A stretch of 64,000 nucleotides of DNA from Minisyncoccota bacterium (GCA_041664585.1 JBAYKL010000002.1:88328-152327); one strand, 5' to 3'. Positions 35,838-45,370 are shown, numbered from the stretch's first letter. Notes: generated from the sequence alone by a model not told the origin. Numbers and translations are program-made.

Positions 35838-36548
35838 CTAAGCTTTTGCTACTTTTCCAGCTTTGTAAGCCTTTGCAATTTCTGAGACGATGAAAGAAAT
35901 ACTTGAAACTGATGAGTCGTTACCGATTATAGGATAATCAACAATTTTGATATCACAGTCTGTATTAGCAATACCAATAACTGGAATATTCATTTTCTTA
36001 GCTTCCATAACAGCATTGATTTCTTTTTTAGGATCAACTACAAATAGAGCTTTAGGAGCATCTTTCAAACCAGTAATACCTGAGAACATTTTGTCGAGCT
36101 TTTCGATTTCTATATCGATAAGCATTCTTTCTCTCTTGGTGTATTTTGCTAATTCACCTTTTTCTTTTTGTTTTGTAAGATCTTCAAACTTAGCAAGTCT
36201 CTTTTTAATTTCTGTAAAGTTTGTAATAGTACCACCAATCCATCTACCTGCTACGAATGGCATATCTACAGACAAAGCAGCTATCTTAACAGCCTCTCTT
36301 GCTTCGTTTTTGCTTGATACGAAAAGAATAGTTTTACCTGTTTTTGCAAGGTTACCAACAAACTCTTTTACTACTTCGAGCATTTCGAAAGTCTTTTCTA
36401 AGTCTATTATTTCTACCTTATTTTTTGTTCCAAAAATATAAGGGGCTGTAGAAGCATGTCTTTTAGATTTAGCATATCCAAAATGGACGCCTGCTTTAAA
36501 CATCGCCTCAATTGTCTCGTTATTTACTGGTTTCTTTTGTTCTATCAT
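35838..36548 (-). CDS. rpsB: 30S ribosomal protein S2
   Basis: AGVHFGYAKSKRHASTAPYIF is S2 motif 1, and ...VDPKKEINAVMEAKKMNIPVIGIANTDCD is also S2-like. The track start at 36587 is a TTG with a junk extension, so the start is assigned to the ATG at 36548 (MIEQKKPV...). The exact start is uncertain. Confidence 0.85.
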   Translation of the reverse strand: MIEQKKPVNNETIEAMFKAGVHFGYAKSKRHASTAPYIFGTKNKVEIIDLEKTFEMLEVVKEFVGNLAKTGKTILFVSSKNEAREAVKIAALSVDMPFVAGRWIGGTITNFTEIKKRLAKFEDLTKQKEKGELAKYTKRERMLIDIEIEKLDKMFSGITGLKDAPKALFVVDPKKEINAVMEAKKMNIPVIGIANTDCDIKIVDYPIIGNDSSVSSISFIVSEIAKAYKAGKVAKA

Positions 36549-36595
36549 AAGTGGTAGAAGTCTAGCAGAAAAAAGCCAACTTAGCAACCCTTTTC

Positions 36596-37615
36596 TTAAT
36601 CTGCATCAACCTCTGAATCGCCATCTTGTGGCTTACCGTCTGTTTTAACTAAATAATCAATAATATCGACTAACCCTTCACCCAAGAAAATATTTTCTAT
36701 ATTAAACCAAGACTTTTTAACTCTGTGGTCTGTTACTCTATCCTGAAGTACATTGTATGTTCTTATTTTCTCTGATCTATCTGCAGTACCAATCTGTTCT
36801 TTTCTTTCTGAGGCAAATTTCTTCGCTTCTTCCTCTTCTTTCAAAACCTCCAGCTTAGCCATGAGAATAGACATAGCTTTTTCTCTATTTTTAAGCTGAC
36901 TTCTCTCCGCAGTAGAACGAACATCTATACCTGTTGGTAAGTGAACAATTCTTACAGCTGTTTCAACCTTGTTAACATTCTGACCACCCGCTCCTCCTGA
37001 TCTAGAAAACTCTACTTGAAGATCAGCTGGCTTAATTTCCATTTTTGTTTTCTTTCTAATCGGCAGAACAGCAACTGAAATAGTAGAGGTATGAACTCTT
37101 CCTGATTTTTCTGTATTTGGAACTCTCTGTACTCTGTGAACTCCAGTTTCAAATCTCAGTCCTTTGTATACATCCTTACCTCTCATTTCAACGACAACCT
37201 CTTTATATGCACCAAGAGAGCTCCTGGATTCACTTACTATGTCATAAGACCAATTCTTTATATCAGCAACTCCCTTATACATCTTAAACATATCCTCGGC
37301 AAAAATAGCAGCCTCTTCTCCACCCACACCAGCTCTTATTTCTATAATAGCCTCATTCGGAAATTTTTCTTCCTCTTCGTCTCCTGCAACAATTTCCTTC
37401 ATTTGTGTAAGGAGGTTTTCTTTTTGAGATTGTATACTTTTAATCTCCTCTTCAGCCAACGCAAAAAGACCTTGGTCCTTCTCGGCCATTTTTTTTATTG
37501 ACTCTTCTTCATTATCTAACCTTAAATATTCCTCGGCTAAAAAAGTAGTCTTTCTATTTTTTCTAAATTCTTCAATAATATCTTGCATATAATTTATTTT
37601 ATCAAATATAATCAA
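36596..37615 (-). CDS. prfA: peptide chain release factor 1
   Basis: GGQ motif ([24 protein letters not shown]). The RF1-type tripeptide context [13 protein letters not shown] is PxT-like rather than the SPF of RF2. Confidence 0.85.
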   Translation of the reverse strand: MIIFDKINYMQDIIEEFRKNRKTTFLAEEYLRLDNEEESIKKMAEKDQGLFALAEEEIKSIQSQKENLLTQMKEIVAGDEEEEKFPNEAIIEIRAGVGGEEAAIFAEDMFKMYKGVADIKNWSYDIVSESRSSLGAYKEVVVEMRGKDVYKGLRFETGVHRVQRVPNTEKSGRVHTSTISVAVLPIRKKTKMEIKPADLQVEFSRSGGAGGQNVNKVETAVRIVHLPTGIDVRSTAERSQLKNREKAMSILMAKLEVLKEEEEAKKFASERKEQIGTADRSEKIRTYNVLQDRVTDHRVKKSWFNIENIFLGEGLVDIIDYLVKTDGKPQDGDSEVDAD

Positions 37616-37658
37616 AAAACCGAACTATAAAAAGATTCGGTTTTTTGATTTAGCCTTG

Positions 37659-37874
37659 TTATTTCTTTTTTGTAGAAGCTGCCTTTCTTGCTCTGAATTT
37701 CTCAACTCTTCCTGCGGTATCTAGTGTCTTTTCTGTACCAGTATAGAAAGGGTGACAAGCCGCACAAATTTCAATATGTATTTCTTCTTTAGTTGAACCA
37801 AAATCATAAATAGCACCACATGCACATGTAGTCTTTGCTGAATCATTATATTTTGGATGTATGTCTTTTTTCAT
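37659..37874 (-). CDS. rpmE: 50S ribosomal protein L31
   Basis: MKKDIHPKY...CACG...CAACHPFYTG; a 71-aa Zn-ribbon L31. Confidence 0.9.
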   Translation of the reverse strand: MKKDIHPKYNDSAKTTCACGAIYDFGSTKEEIHIEICAACHPFYTGTEKTLDTAGRVEKFRARKAASTKKK

Positions 37875-37912
37875 AGAGATGCATAATAACAGAATAGACC
37901 TATAAATGCAAG

Positions 37913-39310
37913 CTATAAGCTCAATGTATCTATATCCTTCTCAAATTGAACCGCTCTGTCAGCAACCTGTTTACCATATCCATATTTACCATACATATAA
38001 GTGCTTAAACGACTCCCCTTCAAACTTAATCCCCCATAGTATTTTGAAGCTGAACAGGCCCATATATCAGTCTTCTTTGTGAATGCTGTTTTACATATAG
38101 CCTGTGCGTCTTTTATATACAAAGCTGTCCCAACGAAAGCATCTCTGCTATTGAATGGAGACGGTATAGAAGAACCCACAACAGCCCCCACACGATTCTT
38201 ATAACCCGTAGCTGTACCTATATTCCACCAAGTACTTGGCATAAATTGTGCCGGGCCCATGGCACCACCATATTCCCCATCTGCATATATCGGACAGGAT
38301 ACTGGAGTTTTATCTGGATTTAAACCTAACTCAGACATTATAGCCAAAAAGGAAGGTATCTGAGTTTTACTCATAACAGTTCCATTTGTATTTTTTGCGC
38401 TTTGATTGTAGTAGCACTTACCTATATTTTTACCTATAAGTCCATCGACCGAAGTCTCTTGAGTGAGTATTGCTAAGACTAAGGCAGAACTTACACCAAT
38501 AGTGCTTTCATATGGTTTTATAATCTTAAGAGCTTCACCGAAAGTTAATTCTTGCCCACCGACTGTCCTAAATAGTCTATTACTTATCTGACTCTTTAAT
38601 TTCTCTTTATCAGCAATTATTTTTTTATAAGCACTCTCCTGCCCTTTTGCTACTGTAAGAATATTCTGCTTTTCTTTTTTATAAACCTCAAGTTGTCTTT
38701 TTTCAGCATCTTGTTCGAACTTCAATTTTTCCTCCTGAACCTTTCTGGTTTCTAAATCTTTCTTCTCAGTTTCTGATGTCTTTTTCGTAGTTGTAAGCTC
38801 TGATGTTAGCTCCCTAAGCTTTTTATCAATAGTTGCATAATTATCTATATCTTTAAATAAATCAGATAAGTTCTGACTAGAAAGTGCAATCTCAATTAAG
38901 GAAATATTATTTAAATTATATGTATCTCGAATCATCTTAGAAACAGATTTTTTTATATTCTCCATTCTAGTAGACAATGTACCTATATACTGGGTTTTGG
39001 TTGTAATATTTTCGCCAAGTTGTTTTATCTTCGCAGTTCTCGCATTTATTTCAATTTGTGTAGTATTAATCTTATAAGTAAGCTCTGCTATACCCTTTTC
39101 CAAATCAGAAGATTGTTTTTGTGTTTTTGATAATATGGCTTTTTGTTCAACGATATCTCTATCACATTGATCCAAAATAGCCTGGAGTTCACTGTTGGAT
39201 TTTCCTTCAACATTTGCATCACAGGAAATAGCCCTGGCATCACCAGAGGTAAAGGCCAAGAAAACAAAGGAAGACAAAATCAAAACCGCAAATATTCTTT
39301 TCAAAAACAT
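37913..39310 (-). CDS. secreted coiled-coil protein with a C-terminal MltB/SLT_2-like lytic transglycosylase domain
   Basis: Signal peptide, then about 230 aa of coiled coil. The C-terminal region ...LTQETSVDG...GAMGPAQFMPSTW... matches the lytic transglycosylase B family motif (GxMGxxQFMPST). Confidence 0.65.
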   Translation of the reverse strand: MFLKRIFAVLILSSFVFLAFTSGDARAISCDANVEGKSNSELQAILDQCDRDIVEQKAILSKTQKQSSDLEKGIAELTYKINTTQIEINARTAKIKQLGENITTKTQYIGTLSTRMENIKKSVSKMIRDTYNLNNISLIEIALSSQNLSDLFKDIDNYATIDKKLRELTSELTTTKKTSETEKKDLETRKVQEEKLKFEQDAEKRQLEVYKKEKQNILTVAKGQESAYKKIIADKEKLKSQISNRLFRTVGGQELTFGEALKIIKPYESTIGVSSALVLAILTQETSVDGLIGKNIGKCYYNQSAKNTNGTVMSKTQIPSFLAIMSELGLNPDKTPVSCPIYADGEYGGAMGPAQFMPSTWWNIGTATGYKNRVGAVVGSSIPSPFNSRDAFVGTALYIKDAQAICKTAFTKKTDIWACSASKYYGGLSLKGSRLSTYMYGKYGYGKQVADRAVQFEKDIDTLSL

Positions 39311-39389
39311 TATATATCTATTTTACTACAAAAAGGGAAATAAAAGAAAGAGGACTGAGTGTTTTACACTCAGTCCTCTTTCTTTTAGT

Positions 39390-40064
39390 TTATTTCTTTT
39401 CTTCTGTAGCTTCTTCTCCTTCCGCGGTACCATTAGCTTCCTTACCTTTCTTAGCAACCTCAATTGCTGATAGGTCTACTGGTGCAGCTTCTACAACCTC
39501 TTCTTTTGGTTCGTAAACTGAAGCAACAACTTCTTCTGGACCTGACTTAATTTCAACTCCAGCAGGAGCCTTAATATCTTTTACTTCAATAACATCATCA
39601 AATTTTGCAAGTGTAGATAGATCTACTTCAATGTTATGCGGTAAATCTTTAGGCAAAGCTTCGATTTCAATTTCGTGCATAACCTTAACAAGCACAGCAC
39701 CAAAGTCTTTAACAGCAGGAGAAACTCCTATGAATTCAACAGGGACTTTGATTTCAATCTTCTTACCTTTTTCAATAGCGTAAAAGTCTGCATGTCTTGG
39801 CTTATCTGTAACTGGATTATAATCGACTTCGTGTATCAAAACATCGACATCAATACCTTCGCCAACTAAATGAATAATTGTAGATTCTCCAGCATCTCTT
39901 AGTGTTTTTTCAAAAACAGCATAAGAAAGCATAATAGGAGTTGATTCCTCTTTTTTTCCATAGAAAACAGCTGGCATTTTGCCTGCTTCTCTTATTGAAG
40001 ACAAGCTAGCCTTCATATCTCTCTTTTCAACGTTTAATGTTAACATAGTAGGAGTATTATACAC
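39390..40064 (-). CDS. rplY: 50S ribosomal protein L25 / general stress protein Ctc
   Basis: LTLNVEKRD...GKMPAVFYGKKEESTPI is the L25 N-domain, followed by a Ctc-type C-terminal extension with an acidic tail. The start may be the internal Met at about 40046. Confidence 0.85.
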   Translation of the reverse strand: MYNTPTMLTLNVEKRDMKASLSSIREAGKMPAVFYGKKEESTPIMLSYAVFEKTLRDAGESTIIHLVGEGIDVDVLIHEVDYNPVTDKPRHADFYAIEKGKKIEIKVPVEFIGVSPAVKDFGAVLVKVMHEIEIEALPKDLPHNIEVDLSTLAKFDDVIEVKDIKAPAGVEIKSGPEEVVASVYEPKEEVVEAAPVDLSAIEVAKKGKEANGTAEGEEATEEKK

Positions 40065-40097
40065 GAAAAAACCTCTTTAGCAAGGCCCTTTTTATAT

Positions 40098-40964
40098 CTA
40101 TAAGAAATTAAAGATCCTCATTTTTTCTTCCACCACCTTTTCTACCGCTTCTATACATTTATCCATATATTTATAAGGGGAAACTTCTTCTGGTTTAGAG
40201 GATAGAGATTCTTCCAAAGCCTTTCTAAAAGCAACTCTGATTTCGGTGTTTACATGCACTACAGACATACCGGCCTTTATTGCGGCTTGTATATCCCCGG
40301 CAGAATTTCCAGAAGCCCCGTGAAGTACGAGCGGAACACTTACAGTATCATTTATTTTTTTTACGACTTCAATATTCAAAGCTGGATCAATTCCACCCTT
40401 GAGCATACCGTGAATATTCCCCACTGCTGGGGCCAACATATCTATACCAGTAGCCTCAACAAATCTTACAGCTTCTTCTGGTTTAGTGAGAAATTCTTCT
40501 GTAATTTTTACTCCTTCTGGAATCTTGTCCAAAACTTTTGAAGAAGCCCCTATAAAACCGAGCTCAGCTTCTACCATTATTTCTTTGTTTACACTTCTTG
40601 CATATTCTACGCATTCTTTTGTGAGTCTTAAATTTTCTTCGTATGAAAGATCTGTACCGTCAAAAATAACAGCATCATATCCTGCATCTATCACCTCTTT
40701 CACTCCTTCGACAGTTTTAGTATGATCAGCATTTAGAAATATAGGATAGTTATATTCATCTCTCAAACTTTTTACTAAAGCCACAGCTTGTTTGGTACCA
40801 ATAAATTTTCTTTCTCCTTCTGCGGTACCAATAATCACAGGCAAATCTAATTTTTTAGCTACATTAAAAATCCCCCTTAGAGTCTCTAGATTTGAAATAT
40901 TAAAATGACCAATAGCTACTCCTTTTTCTTCTGCTTCTTTTATATATTGTCTCAGTGTTTTCAT
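40098..40964 (-). CDS. fba: class II fructose/tagatose-bisphosphate aldolase
   Basis: ...GVAIGHFNISNLE...FLNADHTKT...VLHGASG... are the class II FBA metal and substrate motifs. 288 aa. Confidence 0.9.
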   Translation of the reverse strand: MKTLRQYIKEAEEKGVAIGHFNISNLETLRGIFNVAKKLDLPVIIGTAEGERKFIGTKQAVALVKSLRDEYNYPIFLNADHTKTVEGVKEVIDAGYDAVIFDGTDLSYEENLRLTKECVEYARSVNKEIMVEAELGFIGASSKVLDKIPEGVKITEEFLTKPEEAVRFVEATGIDMLAPAVGNIHGMLKGGIDPALNIEVVKKINDTVSVPLVLHGASGNSAGDIQAAIKAGMSVVHVNTEIRVAFRKALEESLSSKPEEVSPYKYMDKCIEAVEKVVEEKMRIFNFL

Positions 40965-40966
40965 TT

Positions 40967-41686
40967 TTATATTTTTTTAAATTCCTCTATTGTTTCTTTT
41001 ATATTCTCACTTTCAAAAACAGCCGAGCCAGACACAAGCCTTGTAGCTCCAGCCTCCACTATTTCTTCTGCGTTATCTAAATTCACTCCTCCGTCTACAC
41101 TTATAAGCACATCTGGGTATGCGGTCCTTAGATCACGAATCCTGCCCACGACTCTCTCGTCAAAATACTGTCCCTGATATCCAATTTCCCTAATACCCAT
41201 AAATTGCACAAAATCCACAAGAGATCTACCGTTTGCATTTGGATCTAGGAATTCAAAAACTTTTTCTAGTGGAGTGTCTACATTTACAGCCAAACCGATT
41301 TCAACATTTAAAGGAGAATCACCAAACCAACCGTATTTATTTCTTAATTCTGAAATTAAATCCTTTATGTGTGGAGCAGACTCCAAATGTAATACGATTC
41401 TACTTGCCCCAGCCCTTATCCAGTCCTCAACCACATGTTCTGGATGAGAAACCATCATATCTACTTCAAAATTCAAAGATTGCCAGAATGGAAACCCTAT
41501 CTCTTCCTCTGTAATCTTTCTGAAATCACCATCAACATCATTTACATATGGCCAAGATTTTGAATGCACAAATTTACCATCACAAATATCTATTTGCACA
41601 GTTTGGACAAATCCATTTACAAGAGACATCTTTTCATTAATCTCTTCAAAATCTTGTGGTATTACCGCTGGAATTATTTCAATCAT
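40967..41686 (-). CDS. rpe: ribulose-phosphate 3-epimerase family protein with a divergent first metal-binding motif
   Basis: TIM-barrel Rpe layout with C-terminal ...SVDGGVN...AGA...VSGSAVF. However, the first motif is VQIDICDGKF rather than the canonical HxDxMDGxF. Confidence 0.6.
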   Translation of the reverse strand: MIEIIPAVIPQDFEEINEKMSLVNGFVQTVQIDICDGKFVHSKSWPYVNDVDGDFRKITEEEIGFPFWQSLNFEVDMMVSHPEHVVEDWIRAGASRIVLHLESAPHIKDLISELRNKYGWFGDSPLNVEIGLAVNVDTPLEKVFEFLDPNANGRSLVDFVQFMGIREIGYQGQYFDERVVGRIRDLRTAYPDVLISVDGGVNLDNAEEIVEAGATRLVSGSAVFESENIKETIEEFKKI

Positions 41687-42230
41687 ATTGGTTATTGTGT
41701 TTAATAAGTTTAGAGATCATTTCTATTTTTTTAATTCTTCTTAAGTGTCTCTCCCCGTTAGAAAAATCAGTTGTGAGCCATGTCTTTACGGCTTTCTTTG
41801 CATCTCTTAAGTTCATCATTCTCGCGCCAAGAGAAAGTACATTAGAATCATTATGGAGTCTACCAAGTTTAATGGTAAGTAGGGCATCTTTAAAGATTCC
41901 GCCTCTACCGTAATATACAGTTGCACGAACATTTGGAAATCTATTTGCAACAATAGCTTCACCTTGTCCTGATCCACCGAGAACAATTCCTAAAATATTT
42001 TTAGGGTTTAGAGAAACAGCTTTTGCAACTGGGTGTATAAAATCTGAATAATCATCTAGGTCATCATATCTGTATGCTCCGCAATCTACCACCTCATAAC
42101 CAAGCTTCTGTATAAAAGGAATGAGTTTCGTTTTCATAACAAAACCAGCATGATCTGTACCAATATATATTTGCGGTTTATGAGTTCTATAACCTATTTT
42201 TTTCATTAGGTTAATTATAGCACTAACCAA
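41679..42230 (-). CDS. rpiB: ribose-5-phosphate isomerase B
   Basis: IYIGTDHAGF...VDCG...GIVLGGSGQGEAIVANRFPNVRA is the RpiB/LacAB family. The start may be the Met at about 42206. Confidence 0.85.
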   Translation of the reverse strand: MVSAIINLMKKIGYRTHKPQIYIGTDHAGFVMKTKLIPFIQKLGYEVVDCGAYRYDDLDDYSDFIHPVAKAVSLNPKNILGIVLGGSGQGEAIVANRFPNVRATVYYGRGGIFKDALLTIKLGRLHNDSNVLSLGARMMNLRDAKKAVKTWLTTDFSNGERHLRRIKKIEMISKLIKHNNQYD

Positions 42231-43644
42231 TTACAGACAAAAGTATTTTTTTGATTACTTGTGGGTTTGCAGAGCCTTTTGTTACTTTCATAGCCTGCCC
42301 CACTAGGTATTGTAAAGATGCTTCTTTGCCAGCTTTGAAATCAGCAACAACTGTTGGATTTTCTGCAATAAGTTTTTCAGCTAAGGCCTTAAGAGCACCT
42401 TCATCATTTTGTTGTATTAGACCTTCTTTATTTGCAATTTCTTCTGGATCTCCTCCGCTTACCACAATCCTAGCAAGCAAATCTTTTGCTCCTCTTGAAG
42501 AAATTTTTCCTTCAGAAACCATATTGATTATTTTTGCAAAATCTTTGTCATTTGGGAAAGATAGTTTTGAATCCTTAGATAAAATACCAACAAGATCAGA
42601 AGAAATATAGTTTGAAGCAAGCTGAACAAGTTCTTTATTTCCAGAAAAATCAGATATAACTTTCTCAAAGAAATCTCCGAGAGATTTATCATTCACATAT
42701 GAATCAGCATCCTGTTCTTTTATATTAAATACTTTCAAATATCTATTTCTCCTCTCCCAAGGAAGCTCTGGTAGTTCTTCTTTAATTTTCTTTAAATCAA
42801 AAACTTCAGAAATCATCATCTTTGGTAAATCAGGATCTGGAAAATATCTATAATCATGAGAGTCTTCTTTTATTCTCTGAGAATATGTTTTTTGTTTTGC
42901 TTCGTCCCAACCACGAGTTTCCTGTACAATCTTTTCTCCCTTCTCTAATGCTTCAATATGTCTTTCTGTTTCGTAGGCAATAGCTTTTTCTACAGTCTTA
43001 AAAGAGTTTAAGTTTTTAACCTCAACTTTTGTACCAAGTTTACCTTCACAGTCACTTACAGAAATATTAGCCTCAACTCTCATTTCACCTTTTTCCATAT
43101 TTGCATCTCCAACACCAAGGTATTGTAAAAGTAACTGCAGTTCTTTTGCAAAATCAGAAGCTTCCTTTCCAGAATGTATTACAGGTTCTGTTACAAGCTC
43201 CATAAGAGGTACACTTGAACGATTGAAATCTACAAGGGAAAAATCTCCTTGGTCATGGCTAGATTTAGCTGTATCTTCTTCTAAGTGAATTCTAGTAAGT
43301 CTTACACCATGTAAATATCCTCCAGAAACTATTGGGTATTTGTATTGACTAATCTGATATCCTTTTGGGATATCTGGATAGAAATAATTTTTTCTGTCCC
43401 ATTCTGTAAAATCAGCAATATCTGATTCACAAGCAAGACCCACTTTTATTACATCCTCTATCGCCTCTTTGTTTAGCACAGGTAAAGTACCAGGGTGACC
43501 CATACACACAGGACACGCATTCACATTTGGTCTTTTCTCTTCAGTATCATTCTTACACTGACAAAACATTTTTGTCTTTGTTTTTAATTCAGCATGAATT
43601 TCAAGTCCAACTGTTGTTTTGTATTTGCTACAAGTGTCACTCAT
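42223..43644 (-). CDS. gatB: Asp-tRNA(Asn)/Glu-tRNA(Gln) amidotransferase subunit B
   Basis: VGLEIHAELKTKTKMFC...NACPVCMGHPGTLPVLN is the GatB N-terminal motif. 473 aa with a C-terminal YqeY-like domain. Confidence 0.93.
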   Translation of the reverse strand: MSDTCSKYKTTVGLEIHAELKTKTKMFCQCKNDTEEKRPNVNACPVCMGHPGTLPVLNKEAIEDVIKVGLACESDIADFTEWDRKNYFYPDIPKGYQISQYKYPIVSGGYLHGVRLTRIHLEEDTAKSSHDQGDFSLVDFNRSSVPLMELVTEPVIHSGKEASDFAKELQLLLQYLGVGDANMEKGEMRVEANISVSDCEGKLGTKVEVKNLNSFKTVEKAIAYETERHIEALEKGEKIVQETRGWDEAKQKTYSQRIKEDSHDYRYFPDPDLPKMMISEVFDLKKIKEELPELPWERRNRYLKVFNIKEQDADSYVNDKSLGDFFEKVISDFSGNKELVQLASNYISSDLVGILSKDSKLSFPNDKDFAKIINMVSEGKISSRGAKDLLARIVVSGGDPEEIANKEGLIQQNDEGALKALAEKLIAENPTVVADFKAGKEASLQYLVGQAMKVTKGSANPQVIKKILLSVIG

Positions 43645-43649
43645 AAAAA

Positions 43650-44618
43650 TTACTTTCTTAATATTTTAATAAGTTTATCTTTTAATTCTTTAATTGACTC
43701 ATTATCATAAACAGTAACAGACAAAATATTTTTATTAAATTTAACAAGTTTCTTTTTTGCTGCATCAACTTTCTTTTTGTCTATCAAATCTGTTTTAGTT
43801 AAAATAATAACCTCATCTTTTTCAGCAAGTTCTGTACTATAATCCTCTAATTCTTTTCTTATTATTTTATAATTCTTCACAACAGCTTCATCTTCCAAAG
43901 AAATACAATGGAACAAAACTCTCGTTCTTTTAATATGTCTCAAAAACTTATCCCCCAACCCCTTTCCTTCTGAAGCCCCTTCAATAAGACCAGGGATATC
44001 GGCTAATATATAACCGTGCATTGCACCGAGAGCTGGTTCTAAAGTGGTGAATTGATATGCACCAACCTTAGAAGTTGCATTCGTAAGTTCGTTTAAAATA
44101 CTTGATTTACCAGCATTAGGAAGGCCGATGAGACCAGCATGTGCAACAAGTTCAACTTCAATATAAAAATCTGCTTCTTCTCCTCTCTTTCCATCAGTTT
44201 GCTGTTCTGGAATCTGATTTGTGGCGCCTTTAAAATATTCATTTCCAAGTCCACCTTTACCACCATTTAATATTTTAATTTCTTCTCCAACTTCTAATAA
44301 ATTAAATTTCTCTCTTGTTTCTTTATTTGTAAGAACAGTACCAATAGGAAAATCTATGTAAAGATCTTCTCCGTTTTTACCATGGCAACTATCTTTCATT
44401 CCATCTTGTCCATTTTGAGCAGCAAATTCTTTAGTATTTTTATATCTTGCGAGTATACCAATATCACTAACGGCACGTACGTATACGCTACCGCCTCTAC
44501 CACCATTTCCGCCGGAAGGACCAGCAAATTCAAGGCTCTTTACATGGAGCCAACGAACAACTCCGTCTCCCCCCCTTCCAGCTTTAATATGTATATTTAA
44601 TTCATCTACAAACGCCAT
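43650..44618 (-). CDS. obg: GTPase Obg, N-terminal Obg fold plus G domain only
   Basis: FVDELNIHIKAGRGGDGVV...GPSGGNGGRGGSVY is the Obg glycine-rich fold. G motifs GLIGLPNAGKSS and DIPGLIEGA are present. At 322 aa there is no C-terminal extension domain. Confidence 0.9.
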   Translation of the reverse strand: MAFVDELNIHIKAGRGGDGVVRWLHVKSLEFAGPSGGNGGRGGSVYVRAVSDIGILARYKNTKEFAAQNGQDGMKDSCHGKNGEDLYIDFPIGTVLTNKETREKFNLLEVGEEIKILNGGKGGLGNEYFKGATNQIPEQQTDGKRGEEADFYIEVELVAHAGLIGLPNAGKSSILNELTNATSKVGAYQFTTLEPALGAMHGYILADIPGLIEGASEGKGLGDKFLRHIKRTRVLFHCISLEDEAVVKNYKIIRKELEDYSTELAEKDEVIILTKTDLIDKKKVDAAKKKLVKFNKNILSVTVYDNESIKELKDKLIKILRK

Positions 44619-44751
44619 ATAAAAATGATTCTAACATAAAATGGATAATTTTGCTTATATAAATAAAAGTGATATTTTATTATTATATATCGACTTCACT
44701 CGTACAAAATGTAAAATCAGAATCTCACACCTTGTTTCTCGCTAGTCAAAA

Positions 44752-44784
44752 TAAAAAAAACGCTCGGCATAGCCAAGCGTTTTA
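44752..44784 (-). terminator. terminator of the GC-rich island gene (bidirectional in form)
   Basis: AAAAAAAA-ACGCTCGGC-ata-GCCAAGCGT-TTTT. On the minus strand it is followed by an 8-T run. Confidence 0.7.
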
Positions 44785-44805
44785 TAGTAACATCACGCCC
44801 TTTAC

Positions 44806-45240
44806 TCAGACATGTAAGGCGTTGAGAAATGTTCGTGGTATTTCGTGTTGTCCTGGAATAAGACCTCGCTCAATACCATTTAGGAAATTAATTACGCTCT
44901 CGAATCTTGAAACCTCTTCACCAAATTCCTGCAGTCCGCATTTGCAAACCAAACCAGTTTTTGGTTGTCCAGACAAGCTGTCAATCCGAAGGCCCAGCAG
45001 GAACTCTGTACCGATTTTGCCAGTACGAACTTCCGACCCGCTGAGAACAACAAAGATAGCTTTCTTTCCTCCATCCAACGGTTTGCAAAGACCGGTAAAA
45101 ACACCTTTGTCATTGCAAACAGGAAGGATCCCGGAATGATAAACCTTCATTCTTCCAGAAAGCTCCTCTCTGGTCATATCAAGCAACCCTCGTTCAGTTA
45201 CAACCGTTTTACCATCCTCACCAATAAACGATACCTTCAT
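44806..45240 (-). CDS. hypothetical Cys-containing protein encoded in a compositionally foreign GC-rich island
   Basis: 144 aa (MKVSFIGEDGKTVVTERGLL...CNDKGVFTGLCKP...GLVCKCG...). AGGAAAGG lies 10 nt before the ATG. It has its own TTGACA/TATATT promoter and a terminator. Local GC is far above the flanks. No family was recognised. Confidence 0.5.
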   Translation of the reverse strand: MKVSFIGEDGKTVVTERGLLDMTREELSGRMKVYHSGILPVCNDKGVFTGLCKPLDGGKKAIFVVLSGSEVRTGKIGTEFLLGLRIDSLSGQPKTGLVCKCGLQEFGEEVSRFESVINFLNGIERGLIPGQHEIPRTFLNALHV

Positions 45241-45331
45241 AATCTGTAACCTTTCCTAACATTTAACCTACCTACATTGGCACCACCACCCTAGTGATGC
45301 CAAAAACAAAATAAAAAAAGAACAAGCAGTA

Positions 45332-45359
45332 AATATACCACTCGTAACTTTTGTGTCAA
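45332..45359 (-). promoter_or_regulatory. sigma-70-like promoter of the island gene
   Basis: The minus strand reads TTGACA, a 16-nt spacer, then TATATT. Confidence 0.55.
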
Positions 45360-45370
45360 CTGTTTATAAG

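Noticed and set aside
36549-36587. Track start of rpsB at a TTG (MLSWLFSARLLPLM...)
   Set aside because: The 13-residue extension is hydrophobic and unlike any S2 N-terminus, and it would nearly abut the prfA stop. The internal ATG (MIEQKKPV...) gives a canonical S2 N-terminus.
44669-45249. Plus-strand ORFs 44669..45139 and 44965..45249, and the nested minus ORF 44892..45113, in the GC-rich island
   Set aside because: They are antisense or off-frame to the well-supported minus-strand gene (which has a promoter, SD and terminator). Their translations are Pro/Ser/Arg-rich and not protein-like.
44788-45300. Possibility that the GC-rich block is a structured RNA gene (RNase P, tmRNA, SRP or 6S)
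   Set aside because: No RNase P P4 motifs, no tRNA-like acceptor or T-arm with a tag ORF, and no SRP helix-8 motif were found. The block carries a clean SD and ORF, which explains it better.
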